From the IMG/VR virus record IMGVR_UViG_2534681759_000013: a stretch of DNA of 13,801 bases, one strand, 5' to 3'. The notes under the pieces are model-generated. The model saw only the letters and a program-made list of their open reading frames with translations. It ran no database searches and was not told where the DNA came from. This DNA comes from a virus. Lineage: Duplodnaviria; Heunggongvirae; Uroviricota; Caudoviricetes. Position 1 is the stretch's first letter; every line of letters begins with the position of its first letter. The translations under genes and the position numbers were made by a program. Below are positions 6,942 to 13,801 of the stretch, piece by piece.

Positions 6942-7655
6942 ATGGATCTCACTCGTAATGACGAACTCCTTTTGAATGATGCAGCTAGACGCTCATTTCG
7001 GGATATGGCAGACCAGGATTATCTCTCAGCTCGTCTGTGTTATAAGCACAAATTGAATTTTCAATTTTTATGGCTTTCGCAACAAGCCGTAGAGAAATAT
7101 ATTAAAGCGATTTTACTTTATAATAGAGTTCCAGTATTAAAATTAAATCACAATTTAAACAAAGGGCTGGCAAAGATTAAAGAAATCCCATATCTTGAAT
7201 TAGACCTAGATGTAAAAAGTGAGCGATTCATAGATTATCTCAATGAGCAGGGCCCAAATAGATACTTCCAAAACACTATGTATACCGAAGGCTTTGAAAT
7301 TATAACCTTGGATAGAACCATCTGGGAATTAAGAAGATACTGCAAGCCACTAAACTACTCAATTACTAACCCAAAAGGTGAAGTGATAGAAATGTTAGAA
7401 CATGAATTGAGTAGCATAAAAAATTCGAAGTCGAGGCCTTATCATACGTTCAAACTATTTGGAGGTTACTTAGAAAAAAGATTAAAAGATAATAAATTCA
7501 ATCAGGGCGACATACTTACATGGAAAAATTTATTTTTTGGAAGAAATAAAAAAAATGCAATTAGAATTGGAAGATCAATGCATGTAACTCATCCAACTCA
7601 TTATATGTACCCAAATGCAACGGAAATGCTCAGTCGTTTCTTTAAAATAAAATAA
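6942..7655 (+). CDS. hypothetical protein (237 aa), AT-rich cargo cassette 2; possible HEPN-like all-alpha N-terminus (weak)
   Basis: Track ORF with AAAGG RBS, strongly AT-rich, on the strand opposite the backbone and divergent from the capsid operon. The N-terminal segment (QQAVEKYIKAILLYNRVPVLKLNHNLNKG) has an R-x7-H arrangement loosely reminiscent of the HEPN Rx4-6H motif, but this is not convincing without a profile search. Confidence 0.55.
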   Translation: MDLTRNDELLLNDAARRSFRDMADQDYLSARLCYKHKLNFQFLWLSQQAVEKYIKAILLYNRVPVLKLNHNLNKGLAKIKEIPYLELDLDVKSERFIDYLNEQGPNRYFQNTMYTEGFEIITLDRTIWELRRYCKPLNYSITNPKGEVIEMLEHELSSIKNSKSRPYHTFKLFGGYLEKRLKDNKFNQGDILTWKNLFFGRNKKNAIRIGRSMHVTHPTHYMYPNATEMLSRFFKIK

Positions 7656-7755
7656 TTACATTCCAATTTTATTTACCGCTGTTAAATAAGTAAGGTATAT
7701 CTTTATTTATCGACATTGATAATCATGAAAGAGTATATCTTTTTTGCCGCACCTA

Positions 7756-7962
7756 GCGCATTTCTCACCGCACTTTCATCCCGCGCACTTAGGTGCGCAA
7801 TCCAACATGCACCGTACAGCCATTAAAACCAGTAATGGGGCGGGTTTGCAGGTGATTAATGCCAAACCGCGCACTTTCTTCGTATATACATGGAAAAAGT
7901 GCGGCAAGTGTATGTTTTATGAGCATTTCGCGCATCACGCGCATTTCTTGCCGCACTTTTCA
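7756..7962. repeat. iteron-like repeat cluster, putative satellite origin of replication
   Basis: GCGCATTTCTCACCGCACTTTCA (7756..7778) and GCGCATTTCTTGCCGCACTTTTCA (7939..7962) are near-identical direct repeats. Related copies include the palindrome GCGCACTTAGGTGCGC (7783..7798), CGCGCACTTTCTTCG (~7868..7882) and an inverted copy AAAAAGTGCGGCAAGTG (7895..7911). The cluster lies immediately 3' of the replication ATPase gene, where PICI-type origins usually sit. Confidence 0.4.
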
Positions 7963-7964
7963 GG

Positions 7965-9374
7965 TTAAATTATCGTGATATCTCCTGAATCATCGATAAA
8001 GATAATATTCTCCCTAACGAGTTTATCAAGCCAGCGTTTAAAACCTTTGCGGCCGTTCTCTCCAAACAGAGTGGTAATATCATCACGTATAACAGAGACA
8101 TTACACGGTTCACCTTTGGCTTTTCGGCTCCGGATTGACTGCCAGAGTGCAGCGTGGTTCCCAGTCAGGTGCTTGATATCAGCAAGTTCCGGATCAGGTT
8201 CTCGTGCCTCTCGTGGCAGGTCCTGCACCACCAGCGACGAAATAAGCTCACCATCACGATCTGTGAACAATTCGATCGGACGCAGATCGAATGCGGCCTG
8301 TTTCGGCTCCTCCGCATCTTTCATCTTCGTACAGGTCAGGATTATCGCCCCACCATCCCCCTCGCGCCGGACATTGAACTCTGCATCGAGCGCAGCCCTG
8401 AAAGCACTGGAACCACGTGCGCCTTTGGTATCGTCTTTTCCTGAATGATGCACCACCAGCAACGTGGCGCCAGTCTCACGCTTGATGACGTCGCAGCCTT
8501 CAATAAACGCCCCCATGTCACGAGCATCGTTTTCATCGTTACCACCAAAGCACCGCGCTAGAGTATCTATGACAATCAGGCGAACCGGCTGCCCCGTTTT
8601 GGACTTAACGTCACGCGCAGCTTTGATCATCTCCTGCATTTCCTCACGGCGAACCGGGAAAACCGGACGGTTTACCAGATACAGATTATTTAGTTTCACA
8701 CCATGTTTTTTCTCCCACGCCTTTATTCGCCGCGGAACGCCAATACCACCTTCACCTACTACGTACATCACAGCGCCGGCTGATACCGACTTCCCCGCCC
8801 ACTTCATCCCGGCTGCAACGTGACAAGCCCAGGACACCACCAGAAAACTTTTATACGAACCGCTCGGGCCGTAGATACTGCTCAGGCTGTTAGCGGGAAG
8901 ATAACTTTTTAACGTGTAATCCTGCTCCTGATCGTACCCATCAGAGCCCACGCTTAAAGGAAGGCTGTGCCGCAGTGACTCCTCTCGCACAGAGACTTCA
9001 ACCTGTTCACGCAGACGAGAAAGATATTCCCTCCAGTCCTCAGGCTCATGGTCGGGGATTCCTTTATACAATTTGGCATCCTGCACGCCAGCCAGCGCCA
9101 GCTTTTCAGCAATGTTATTAATCTGGATAGGCTTTATATTCCCTGCCAGGTAAATCCGCACGGCACGACGGCCATCATCCACAATGCGCAGGTTATCCAG
9201 CTCTGCCAGTTGTTTTGGCCCAAGGTAAACAGGAGGAGTGGTATCTTCGGCAATCTGTTTACCAAGCCCCTCTTCCCAACCCTTCGCATGGGCGTATGCT
9301 TCTGACCCGGCAAAAATAACTGCCTCCGTGAATTTTTCTTTTGGCAGGTGTTTCAGATTCGGTGCGTTTTTCAT
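7965..9374 (-). CDS. replication initiator / helicase-type RecA-fold P-loop ATPase (RepA/DnaB-like) with an unknown N-terminal domain
   Basis: 469-aa ORF. Walker A (IYGPSGSYKSF), Walker B-like (RLIVIDTLARCFGG) and a downstream LLVVHHSGKDDTKGARGSSAF segment are typical of AAA_25/RepA-like replicative ATPases found in PICI and P4-like primase-helicase genes. Its start overlaps the stop of the upstream gene. Confidence 0.85.
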   Translation of the reverse strand: MKNAPNLKHLPKEKFTEAVIFAGSEAYAHAKGWEEGLGKQIAEDTTPPVYLGPKQLAELDNLRIVDDGRRAVRIYLAGNIKPIQINNIAEKLALAGVQDAKLYKGIPDHEPEDWREYLSRLREQVEVSVREESLRHSLPLSVGSDGYDQEQDYTLKSYLPANSLSSIYGPSGSYKSFLVVSWACHVAAGMKWAGKSVSAGAVMYVVGEGGIGVPRRIKAWEKKHGVKLNNLYLVNRPVFPVRREEMQEMIKAARDVKSKTGQPVRLIVIDTLARCFGGNDENDARDMGAFIEGCDVIKRETGATLLVVHHSGKDDTKGARGSSAFRAALDAEFNVRREGDGGAIILTCTKMKDAEEPKQAAFDLRPIELFTDRDGELISSLVVQDLPREAREPDPELADIKHLTGNHAALWQSIRSRKAKGEPCNVSVIRDDITTLFGENGRKGFKRWLDKLVRENIIFIDDSGDITII

Positions 9375-9694
9375 TTCAGCCCCTTATCCCATCCGTCAGA
9401 TCCAACACTCAGCGGCAGAGAAGAGCGCAGAGCAGCGATTTTTTTACGCACGTTTTCTTTTACGGTCTCCTGCCACTCCCTGCTTTCCTCAGGGAGATAA
9501 ATAAATTCTTTTCGGAACCGGTACTCAGAAAAAATACACTCATGTGAATACCCATCCCGGACATACGTAATACGGCTATCCGTTATGCATGTGACAGTAA
9601 TTTTTTCTCCGCGAGAATCTTTCCAGCGACTGTTAAGCTCGATTTTTGGTTGAGCGATGCCCTCAGGCTGAACCTGATTGAATTTTTTAATCAT
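9371..9694 (-). CDS. hypothetical protein (107 aa); C-terminus shares the SLPLSVGSDG linker motif with the replication ATPase
   Basis: Track ORF with AAGGA SD 8 nt upstream of ATG 9694. The stop is coupled to the ATPase start. The C-terminal ~30 aa are similar to residues ~110-145 of the 7965..9374 protein. Confidence 0.55.
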   Translation of the reverse strand: MIKKFNQVQPEGIAQPKIELNSRWKDSRGEKITVTCITDSRITYVRDGYSHECIFSEYRFRKEFIYLPEESREWQETVKENVRKKIAALRSSLPLSVGSDGWDKGLK

Positions 9695-9698
9695 GAAT

Positions 9699-9878
9699 TT
9701 ATTCCTTGTCGGTAGCCGTTAAACCGTATGCTTCAGCAGCCTGACGAACTGCCTGGATAAAACCTTCCGGTGTGGCCACGATTTCGTCCGGACGAAGGCG
9801 GCGCTCTGTAACCTGACCGTTTTTAACCGTCACCAGTACGCGGATCTCGTAATCAGCAGGTAAGGCGGAGTTATCCAT
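9699..9878 (-). CDS. hypothetical small protein (59 aa)
   Basis: Internal ATG ([15 protein letters not shown]...) of track ORF 9699..10004. It overlaps the stop of the upstream gene (caTGGAtaa arrangement) and ends 4 nt before the next start, so it is tightly packed in the operon. Confidence 0.4.
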   Translation of the reverse strand: MDNSALPADYEIRVLVTVKNGQVTERRLRPDEIVATPEGFIQAVRQAAEAYGLTATDKE

Positions 9879-10158
9879 GGCGCACCTCCATTGGCACAGC
9901 TTCATTGCTGTAAGGATCGCTACCCAAGATGCTCCATAGGGTGCGATGTTCAGGATCCATAAACGACACTGAGAGCGGGCTTTCTGTTCGGATTTTGGCG
10001 GCAAAGGTCAAGTCCCAGCCGCAGAACTTTGCACGGGCAGTATCTTCAGTGTCTGCAATGGTGCGCAGAACTATCGGGAGACAAGAGTGACCTCGCGGCG
10101 TGCCAAGGAATAGCCATGTAAATTTTGGGCGAGTTTGGGTATGCTGTTGATCAGCCAT
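9871..10158 (-). CDS. hypothetical protein (95 aa), first gene of the replication operon
   Basis: Internal ATG at 10158 ([13 protein letters not shown]...) of track ORF 9871..10215, with GAGGT SD about 7 nt upstream. Divergent from the RHH gene across an operator-like intergenic region. Confidence 0.45.
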   Translation of the reverse strand: MADQQHTQTRPKFTWLFLGTPRGHSCLPIVLRTIADTEDTARAKFCGWDLTFAAKIRTESPLSVSFMDPEHRTLWSILGSDPYSNEAVPMEVRHG

Positions 10159-10251
10159 AACTGTTACCTCAACTAACGGTTTGTGGTTAGACGTCCCGTG
10201 AGTGGTTCCAAGCACTTCCGGGACGTTGCTTTTTTCACGTCAAGCGTGATA

Positions 10252-10289
10252 ACGTACGTAATAGCAACATCCTATGAGGTTACGTACGT
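10252..10289. promoter_or_regulatory. paired ACGTACGT palindromes, candidate operator in the divergent promoter region
   Basis: The palindromic octamer ACGTACGT occurs at 10252..10259 and 10282..10289 (30 bp centre to centre), between the divergently oriented 10158 start (minus) and 10292 start (plus). The second copy sits just upstream of the RHH gene ATG. Confidence 0.45.
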
Positions 10290-10291
10290 AC

Positions 10292-10483
10292 ATGTCAACA
10301 ATAAAACGAGATAAAACACCCAAAGGAGAGGGCTTGTCTCCGACATTCCAAATCCGAATAAGTCCTGAATTGCGCCAGCAGATGAATGAAGCTGCTGAGC
10401 GTGAGGGAGTAAGTCTTGGTAATTGGCTTAAAGGTCTGGCTAGAAATGAACTTATTAAGCAAGGAATTGAACCTAAAGGTTAG
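10292..10483 (+). CDS. ribbon-helix-helix (Arc/CopG-like) DNA-binding protein, candidate repressor
   Basis: Second ATG of track ORF 10274..10483 (the first ATG lies inside the operator palindrome). 63 aa with a beta-strand then two helices (TFQIRISPEL / RQQMNEAAEREG / VSLGNWLKGLARNEL), typical of RHH regulators. GAGGT about 11 nt upstream. Confidence 0.6.
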   Translation: MSTIKRDKTPKGEGLSPTFQIRISPELRQQMNEAAEREGVSLGNWLKGLARNELIKQGIEPKG

Positions 10484-10536
10484 TTTTCACAAGCACTCTT
10501 TGATTTTTTCAGTAAAAATTAAATTAAGGAAATTCT

Positions 10537-11247
10537 ATGGATGATTTATATACACCATCTGAATATTTTATGTTCGTAGAGAAATTTGATCATTACTTCC
10601 CACGAAAAAGCCCTTTTAACTCATTATTATTCGAGTTCAATTATAGATTAGAAGATATAGTTGTTTTTCATCGCTTTGTTATCAACACCTATTCAAAAAA
10701 TAAAAAAGCAATTGATGTACAATATAATAAATTTAATTTTCTTGATGATAAACAAAAAAATTCCCTTTCTGATGACGAGTATGAAGCGTATCAACTCAGG
10801 TTTGCAAGGCATATGGAATACATTAACCATCAAACTGATTTGAATGAAAAAGCGTCTTACATTGCTAACGATAGTGTCGTTATAAACTTATGGGCCATGA
10901 ATGAACAATATATGACTAGAGGATTGGCCAACCTAATATCTCAAAAAGAAAATAAAAATTTAAATGAAGTTAAAACGCCTTACAAATGGGATACAATCAA
11001 AAGTAAATTCCTGTCATATGGAATCAACTTTGAGACATTGCCATCTTATGATGACATTAATGAATGTAGAGTACTGAATAATAAAATAAAACATCTGAAC
11101 ATAGTAGATTCTGGTTTAGAAGTTTTCCCTCCCTTCAAAGGTAAGCTTAACGAATCACTTACTGGCATGGCCTTTCCTCTTCAAAAATATATCATAGGCT
11201 CTCATCACTTTATAGGAATGCTATTAGAAGAGTGCTCATTAAAATAA
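10537..11247 (+). CDS. hypothetical protein (236 aa), AT-rich cargo cassette 3, downstream of the RHH gene
   Basis: Track ORF with AAGGAA RBS 6-12 nt upstream, strongly AT-rich, 53 bp after the RHH stop on the same strand. No recognisable catalytic motif. Confidence 0.6.
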   Translation: MDDLYTPSEYFMFVEKFDHYFPRKSPFNSLLFEFNYRLEDIVVFHRFVINTYSKNKKAIDVQYNKFNFLDDKQKNSLSDDEYEAYQLRFARHMEYINHQTDLNEKASYIANDSVVINLWAMNEQYMTRGLANLISQKENKNLNEVKTPYKWDTIKSKFLSYGINFETLPSYDDINECRVLNNKIKHLNIVDSGLEVFPPFKGKLNESLTGMAFPLQKYIIGSHHFIGMLLEECSLK

Positions 11248-11251
11248 ACGC

Positions 11252-11288
11252 ATGGCAACGTATAATTTATCGCTTAATACGTTGCCAT
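11252..11288. terminator. hairpin between convergent genes (candidate bidirectional terminator)
   Basis: Perfect 11-bp inverted repeat ATGGCAACGTA / TACGTTGCCAT (11252..11262 and 11278..11288) with a 15-nt loop. It is 5 nt after the 10537..11247 stop and 6 nt after the alpA stop, with U-rich tracts on both transcribed strands. Confidence 0.5.
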
Positions 11289-11293
11289 ATCTC

Positions 11294-11530
11294 TCATTTA
11301 TTTTTATCGAACCAATCTCCTTTAATCCAAGCTTGCATCTCTGAGAGCCGGTAAGCAACTGCTGACGGCCCAATTTTGATTCGCTTAGGAAATTTTCCTT
11401 CCTGTTCCATGCGCCAGCGCGTTGAGTTAGACAACGTAGTCATAGCCCGGCATTCAGGTTCGCGAATCATTCTGTCAAGGTCAGGCATGTACTGGAGATC
11501 TTCTTTTTTCACAACGGATAACATAGCCAT
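11294..11530 (-). CDS. alpA: AlpA-family phage regulatory protein (excisionase-like HTH)
   Basis: The track ORF starts at GTG 11539; the first ATG is at 11530 (MAMLSVVKKE...) with AAGGAG 8 nt upstream. The segment AMTTLSNSTRWRMEQEGKFPKRIKIGPSAVAYRLSEMQAWI matches the AlpA/Xis-like HTH pattern. It lies immediately downstream of the integrase gene. Confidence 0.7.
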   Translation of the reverse strand: MAMLSVVKKEDLQYMPDLDRMIREPECRAMTTLSNSTRWRMEQEGKFPKRIKIGPSAVAYRLSEMQAWIKGDWFDKNK

Positions 11531-11531
11531 A

Positions 11532-12767
11532 TCAGGCACTCCTTTTCTTAATTACTTTTACTGTATTTTCTTCACCCACCAGCCCATCAAGGTAGTCAAC
11601 CCATCGGTCCAGTGCTTCTTGCTTTTGAGGGATATACTTGCTGCGGTTATAGACTCCGGCCACGCCCTTTATGGTATGCCCCAGCAGCTGCTCTACGACC
11701 ATAAAATCAACGCCCATATCGTTAAGGCTTGTCGAGAACGTTCGTCTCAAATCATGTAATGACCAGCGTTTTTCATGTTTCAGAGAGATAAAGTTTGTGC
11801 ATCCCATCGTACTGACGGTTGAATCAGATTTCAGTTCGCCAAATATGTAGCCTCTCCTTTTAGTCTCTTCGTGCAGGTTTACGATCCACTGGCGCATTTT
11901 TTGAGGAACGGGGCGAATAATTTCTTCGCCGTTTTTACTGTGCTCTTTAGGTACTGTCCAAATCCACTTATCGAAATCCCACTCATCCCATGTAGATAAA
12001 CGCGCCTCACTCAGCCTGCAGCCAAACACGAGACACAAAATCGCCATCCTTTTTTTGTAATTCATTACACGGGTTTTGCCTTTACCATGAAAGTACACTC
12101 CCCACAGATCGGCGACGTAGCTTTCCTCAAGTAGCCGCTCTCTCTTGTTCTGATACTTACCGATATCACCAGGGCTCAAATCATCAAGCACATTGCACCG
12201 CACATACTGGCGCACCCGGCAGTATTTGAAGATCTGCTTTAACTCAATCAGCATTGCAGCAGACTGAACCGGCGCGATTTTCTTTATGCGGTCGAAGCAC
12301 TTGATCCAGTCTGACAGACCGCATTTCTCGACAGGAAACCCGCCGATGTAGGGAAAAATGTATCTCTCATAACGGCGATAGAGCCGTAAAGTCTCTTTGC
12401 GCTTTTCCCTGGCATAGTTATCAAACCAGTAATCGATAGCGTTCTTCACAGTTACTGGAGTGAACAGGTTCTCTTTGGTGAGTTTGTTCTCTATTCGTGG
12501 GTCGAGTCCCTGAGATAGCCATGCCCGGCACTCGTCCCTTTTCTCTCTGGCCTGTTTAAGGGTCATATCTGGATACTTGCCTAACGTCATCCAGACGGGG
12601 GCGCTTTGTCGGCCGGAATGTCTGAAGAAATACACAAAGCTCACAGTGCCACTAACGCTCACTCTGACAGACAGTCCACGACCATCTGCCACCATCTTTT
12701 GACGCGGCTGGGGTTTACCATGTAAGGCCTTTAACGCCTTGTCGCTTAACTTGTTCTCGCCCGCCAT
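11532..12767 (-). CDS. int: tyrosine recombinase / phage integrase, P4-type
   Basis: 411-aa ORF with an N-terminal arm-binding-type region (GRGLSVRVSVSGTVSFVYFFR) and C-terminal catalytic signatures (HDLRRTFSTSL ... LLGHT ... YNRSKY). GAGG SD 5-8 nt upstream of the ATG. Confidence 0.9.
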   Translation of the reverse strand: MAGENKLSDKALKALHGKPQPRQKMVADGRGLSVRVSVSGTVSFVYFFRHSGRQSAPVWMTLGKYPDMTLKQAREKRDECRAWLSQGLDPRIENKLTKENLFTPVTVKNAIDYWFDNYAREKRKETLRLYRRYERYIFPYIGGFPVEKCGLSDWIKCFDRIKKIAPVQSAAMLIELKQIFKYCRVRQYVRCNVLDDLSPGDIGKYQNKRERLLEESYVADLWGVYFHGKGKTRVMNYKKRMAILCLVFGCRLSEARLSTWDEWDFDKWIWTVPKEHSKNGEEIIRPVPQKMRQWIVNLHEETKRRGYIFGELKSDSTVSTMGCTNFISLKHEKRWSLHDLRRTFSTSLNDMGVDFMVVEQLLGHTIKGVAGVYNRSKYIPQKQEALDRWVDYLDGLVGEENTVKVIKKRSA

Positions 12768-12778
12768 AAAACCTCATT

Positions 12779-12801
12779 CTGCAATACACATTGCAATACA
12801 C
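12779..12801. repeat. second copy of the ATTGCAAT tandem-palindrome block (CTGCAATACACATTGCAATACAC), 12-34 bp upstream of the integrase ATG
   Basis: Near-identical to 2699..2721. It contains the palindromic octamer ATTGCAAT at 12790..12797 and a degenerate copy 12 bp upstream. Confidence 0.5.
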
Positions 12802-12944
12802 ACTTAACTGCAACGCCGAAAAACAGTAGAAAAGCAATGCAAACAACACCTCTTCTTTCGTAAGCGCATCATTTAAACCGTCTTTCGCCTCCCTTTCCTG
12901 TTTCCGATACTAATGTCCATTTTCGCAGTAAAAGGACATTTAAG

Positions 12945-13595
12945 ATGAATGCACGAAAGGCGGTACTGGCAGATAACCCGGAATTGATCCTGCGTGTGCT
13001 ACAGCTGAGATTTGACGAGTCACTGTCGTACCCGCGCATTTCTGCGCAGACCGGTGTCAGCAAAACCGCCATTTTTTCTCTGGTGAGGCGATTTCACCAG
13101 ATATTCGCTGACTGGCCTCTTTCCGGTGAATATTCCTGCATGCAACTGGCCCGGGCTCTTTTCCCTGGGCGATATCCTTCAGCCCCGACAGTGACTCAGC
13201 CTGTGAAAACAGAGAAAATCCGCCGGAACCGATTTTCACCGGAGTTTAAATGGAGGCTTGTTCAGCAAACTCTTTTACCCGGTGCCTGTGTCGCACAAAT
13301 AGCTCGCGAGAACGGAATCAACGATAACCTGCTCTTTAACTGGCGGCATCTCTGGCGTAACGGCGGCCTGCAGCCGCCCGGCGAACATGAAACATCGCTA
13401 CTTCCCGTGACGTTAACGCCGGAGCCGGATAATAAAATCCCGGCACCAGTGCAGATACCTGAACAGATAAATACACTGCCAGACAGTCTGTGCTGCGAGC
13501 TGGTTCTGCCGGCCGGAACTCTCAGGCTGAAAGGTGAACTGACACCGGCGTTATTACAGACACTTATCCGCGAAATGAAAGGGAGCAGCCACTGA
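12945..13595 (+). CDS. tnpA: IS66-family accessory protein TnpA (orf1), with an N-terminal extension or alternative start
   Basis: The central segment RRNRFSPEFKWRLVQQTLLPGACVAQIARENGINDNLLFNWRHLWRNG matches the conserved IS66 Orf1 HTH core as I remember it. The 216-aa ORF is longer than I would expect for this family, so the true start may be internal. Confidence 0.7.
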   Translation: MNARKAVLADNPELILRVLQLRFDESLSYPRISAQTGVSKTAIFSLVRRFHQIFADWPLSGEYSCMQLARALFPGRYPSAPTVTQPVKTEKIRRNRFSPEFKWRLVQQTLLPGACVAQIARENGINDNLLFNWRHLWRNGGLQPPGEHETSLLPVTLTPEPDNKIPAPVQIPEQINTLPDSLCCELVLPAGTLRLKGELTPALLQTLIREMKGSSH

Positions 13596-13801
13596 TGATA
13601 TCTCTCCCTGCCGGTTCGCGTATCTGGCTGGTTGCCGGTATCACCGATATGCGAAATGGCTTTAACGGCCTGGCCTCAAAAGTTCAGAACGTCCTGAAGG
13701 ATGACCCGTTCTCCGGGCATCTGTTCATCTTCCGCGGACGCCGGGGTGACCAGATAAAAGTGCTGTGGGCTGACAGTGACGGACTGTGCCTCTTCACCAA
13801 A
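13595..13801 (+). CDS. tnpB: IS66-family TnpB (orf2), 3'-partial
   Basis: Hand translation from ATG 13595 gives MISLPAGSRIWLVAGITDMRNGFNGLASKVQNVLKDDPFSGHLFIFRGRRGDQIKVLWADSDGLCLFTK, the conserved IS66 Orf2 N-terminus as I recall it. It is absent from the track because it runs off the window without a stop. Confidence 0.8.
   Translation, partial: MISLPAGSRIWLVAGITDMRNGFNGLASKVQNVLKDDPFSGHLFIFRGRRGDQIKVLWADSDGLCLFTK

Larger units (their letters stand above)
2697..12801 (-). mobile_element. phage-satellite-like integrative element (int, alpA, replication operon with ori, protease-capsid, cos, terS-like) with three cargo cassettes; boundaries uncertain
   Basis: Gene content and order match P4/PICI-type satellites. 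The limits are set provisionally at the two copies of the ATTGCAAT repeat block. The left 2.6 kb may belong to a second tandem or remnant element. No tRNA target and no verified att duplication were found. Confidence 0.35.
12860..13801 (+). mobile_element. IS66-family insertion sequence, left end (continues beyond the window)
   Basis: The terminal sequence GTAAGCGCATC... at 12860 matches the GTAAGCG start I recall for IS66-family inverted repeats. It is followed by tnpA and a tnpB whose ATG overlaps the tnpA stop (ATGA at 13593..13597), the characteristic IS66 gene arrangement. Confidence 0.7.

Noticed and set aside
7756-7962. Possible CRISPR array
   Set aside because: Repeats are irregular in length and spacing and occur in both orientations, with no uniform repeat-spacer periodicity and no cas genes; they fit iterons better.
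7744-7968. 74-aa plus-strand ORF rich in His, Phe and Ala
   Set aside because: It coincides with the iteron-like repeat cluster, and its odd composition follows from the repeated GCGCA/CCGCACTTT DNA motifs; better explained as non-coding origin sequence.
7975-9305. Plus-strand ORFs (7975..8448, 8154..8444, 8464..8823, 9048..9305) and minus-strand 8342..8548
   Set aside because: They overlap the replication ATPase gene, which has clear Walker motifs in its own frame; these are low-complexity alternative-frame translations.
11376-11759. 127-aa plus-strand ORF
   Set aside because: Antisense across the alpA and int 3' regions; no RBS and no motif.
12768-12859. tRNA or tmRNA gene 3' end as integration target next to int
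   Set aside because: No tRNA-like acceptor or T-arm pattern and no CCA-proximal stem could be read here; the target site remains unidentified.
12869-13239. Minus-strand ORFs 12869..13072 and 13057..13239
   Set aside because: Antisense to the IS66 tnpA region, which carries the family-typical motif on the plus strand.

Overview
This 13.8-kb window is dominated by a phage-satellite-like integrative element (PICI/P4-style) whose backbone runs on the minus strand, interrupted by three AT-rich plus-strand cargo cassettes that look like horizontally acquired accessory or defence loci. Backbone, right to left: P4-type tyrosine integrase, AlpA-family regulator, an operon of three small genes plus a RecA-fold replication ATPase with an iteron-like putative origin, a small coupled gene, a ClpP-like protease fused to a major capsid protein, a terminator, a lambda-like cos site and a Nu1-like small-terminase HTH gene. 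The left 2.6 kb holds a second, diverged copy of the capsid-cos-terS module in which the capsid gene has lost its 5' protease region. The right edge is the left end of an IS66-family insertion sequence (TnpA, then TnpB running off the window). The most interesting candidate is a two-gene cassette (100-aa protein plus a 296-aa caspase-like cysteine peptidase with an EF-hand-like loop) that sits exactly where the rest of the satellite terS-like gene should be. All functional calls come from reading motifs in the translations; no database search, structure prediction or exact GC computation was run, so identities and base composition are by-eye estimates.
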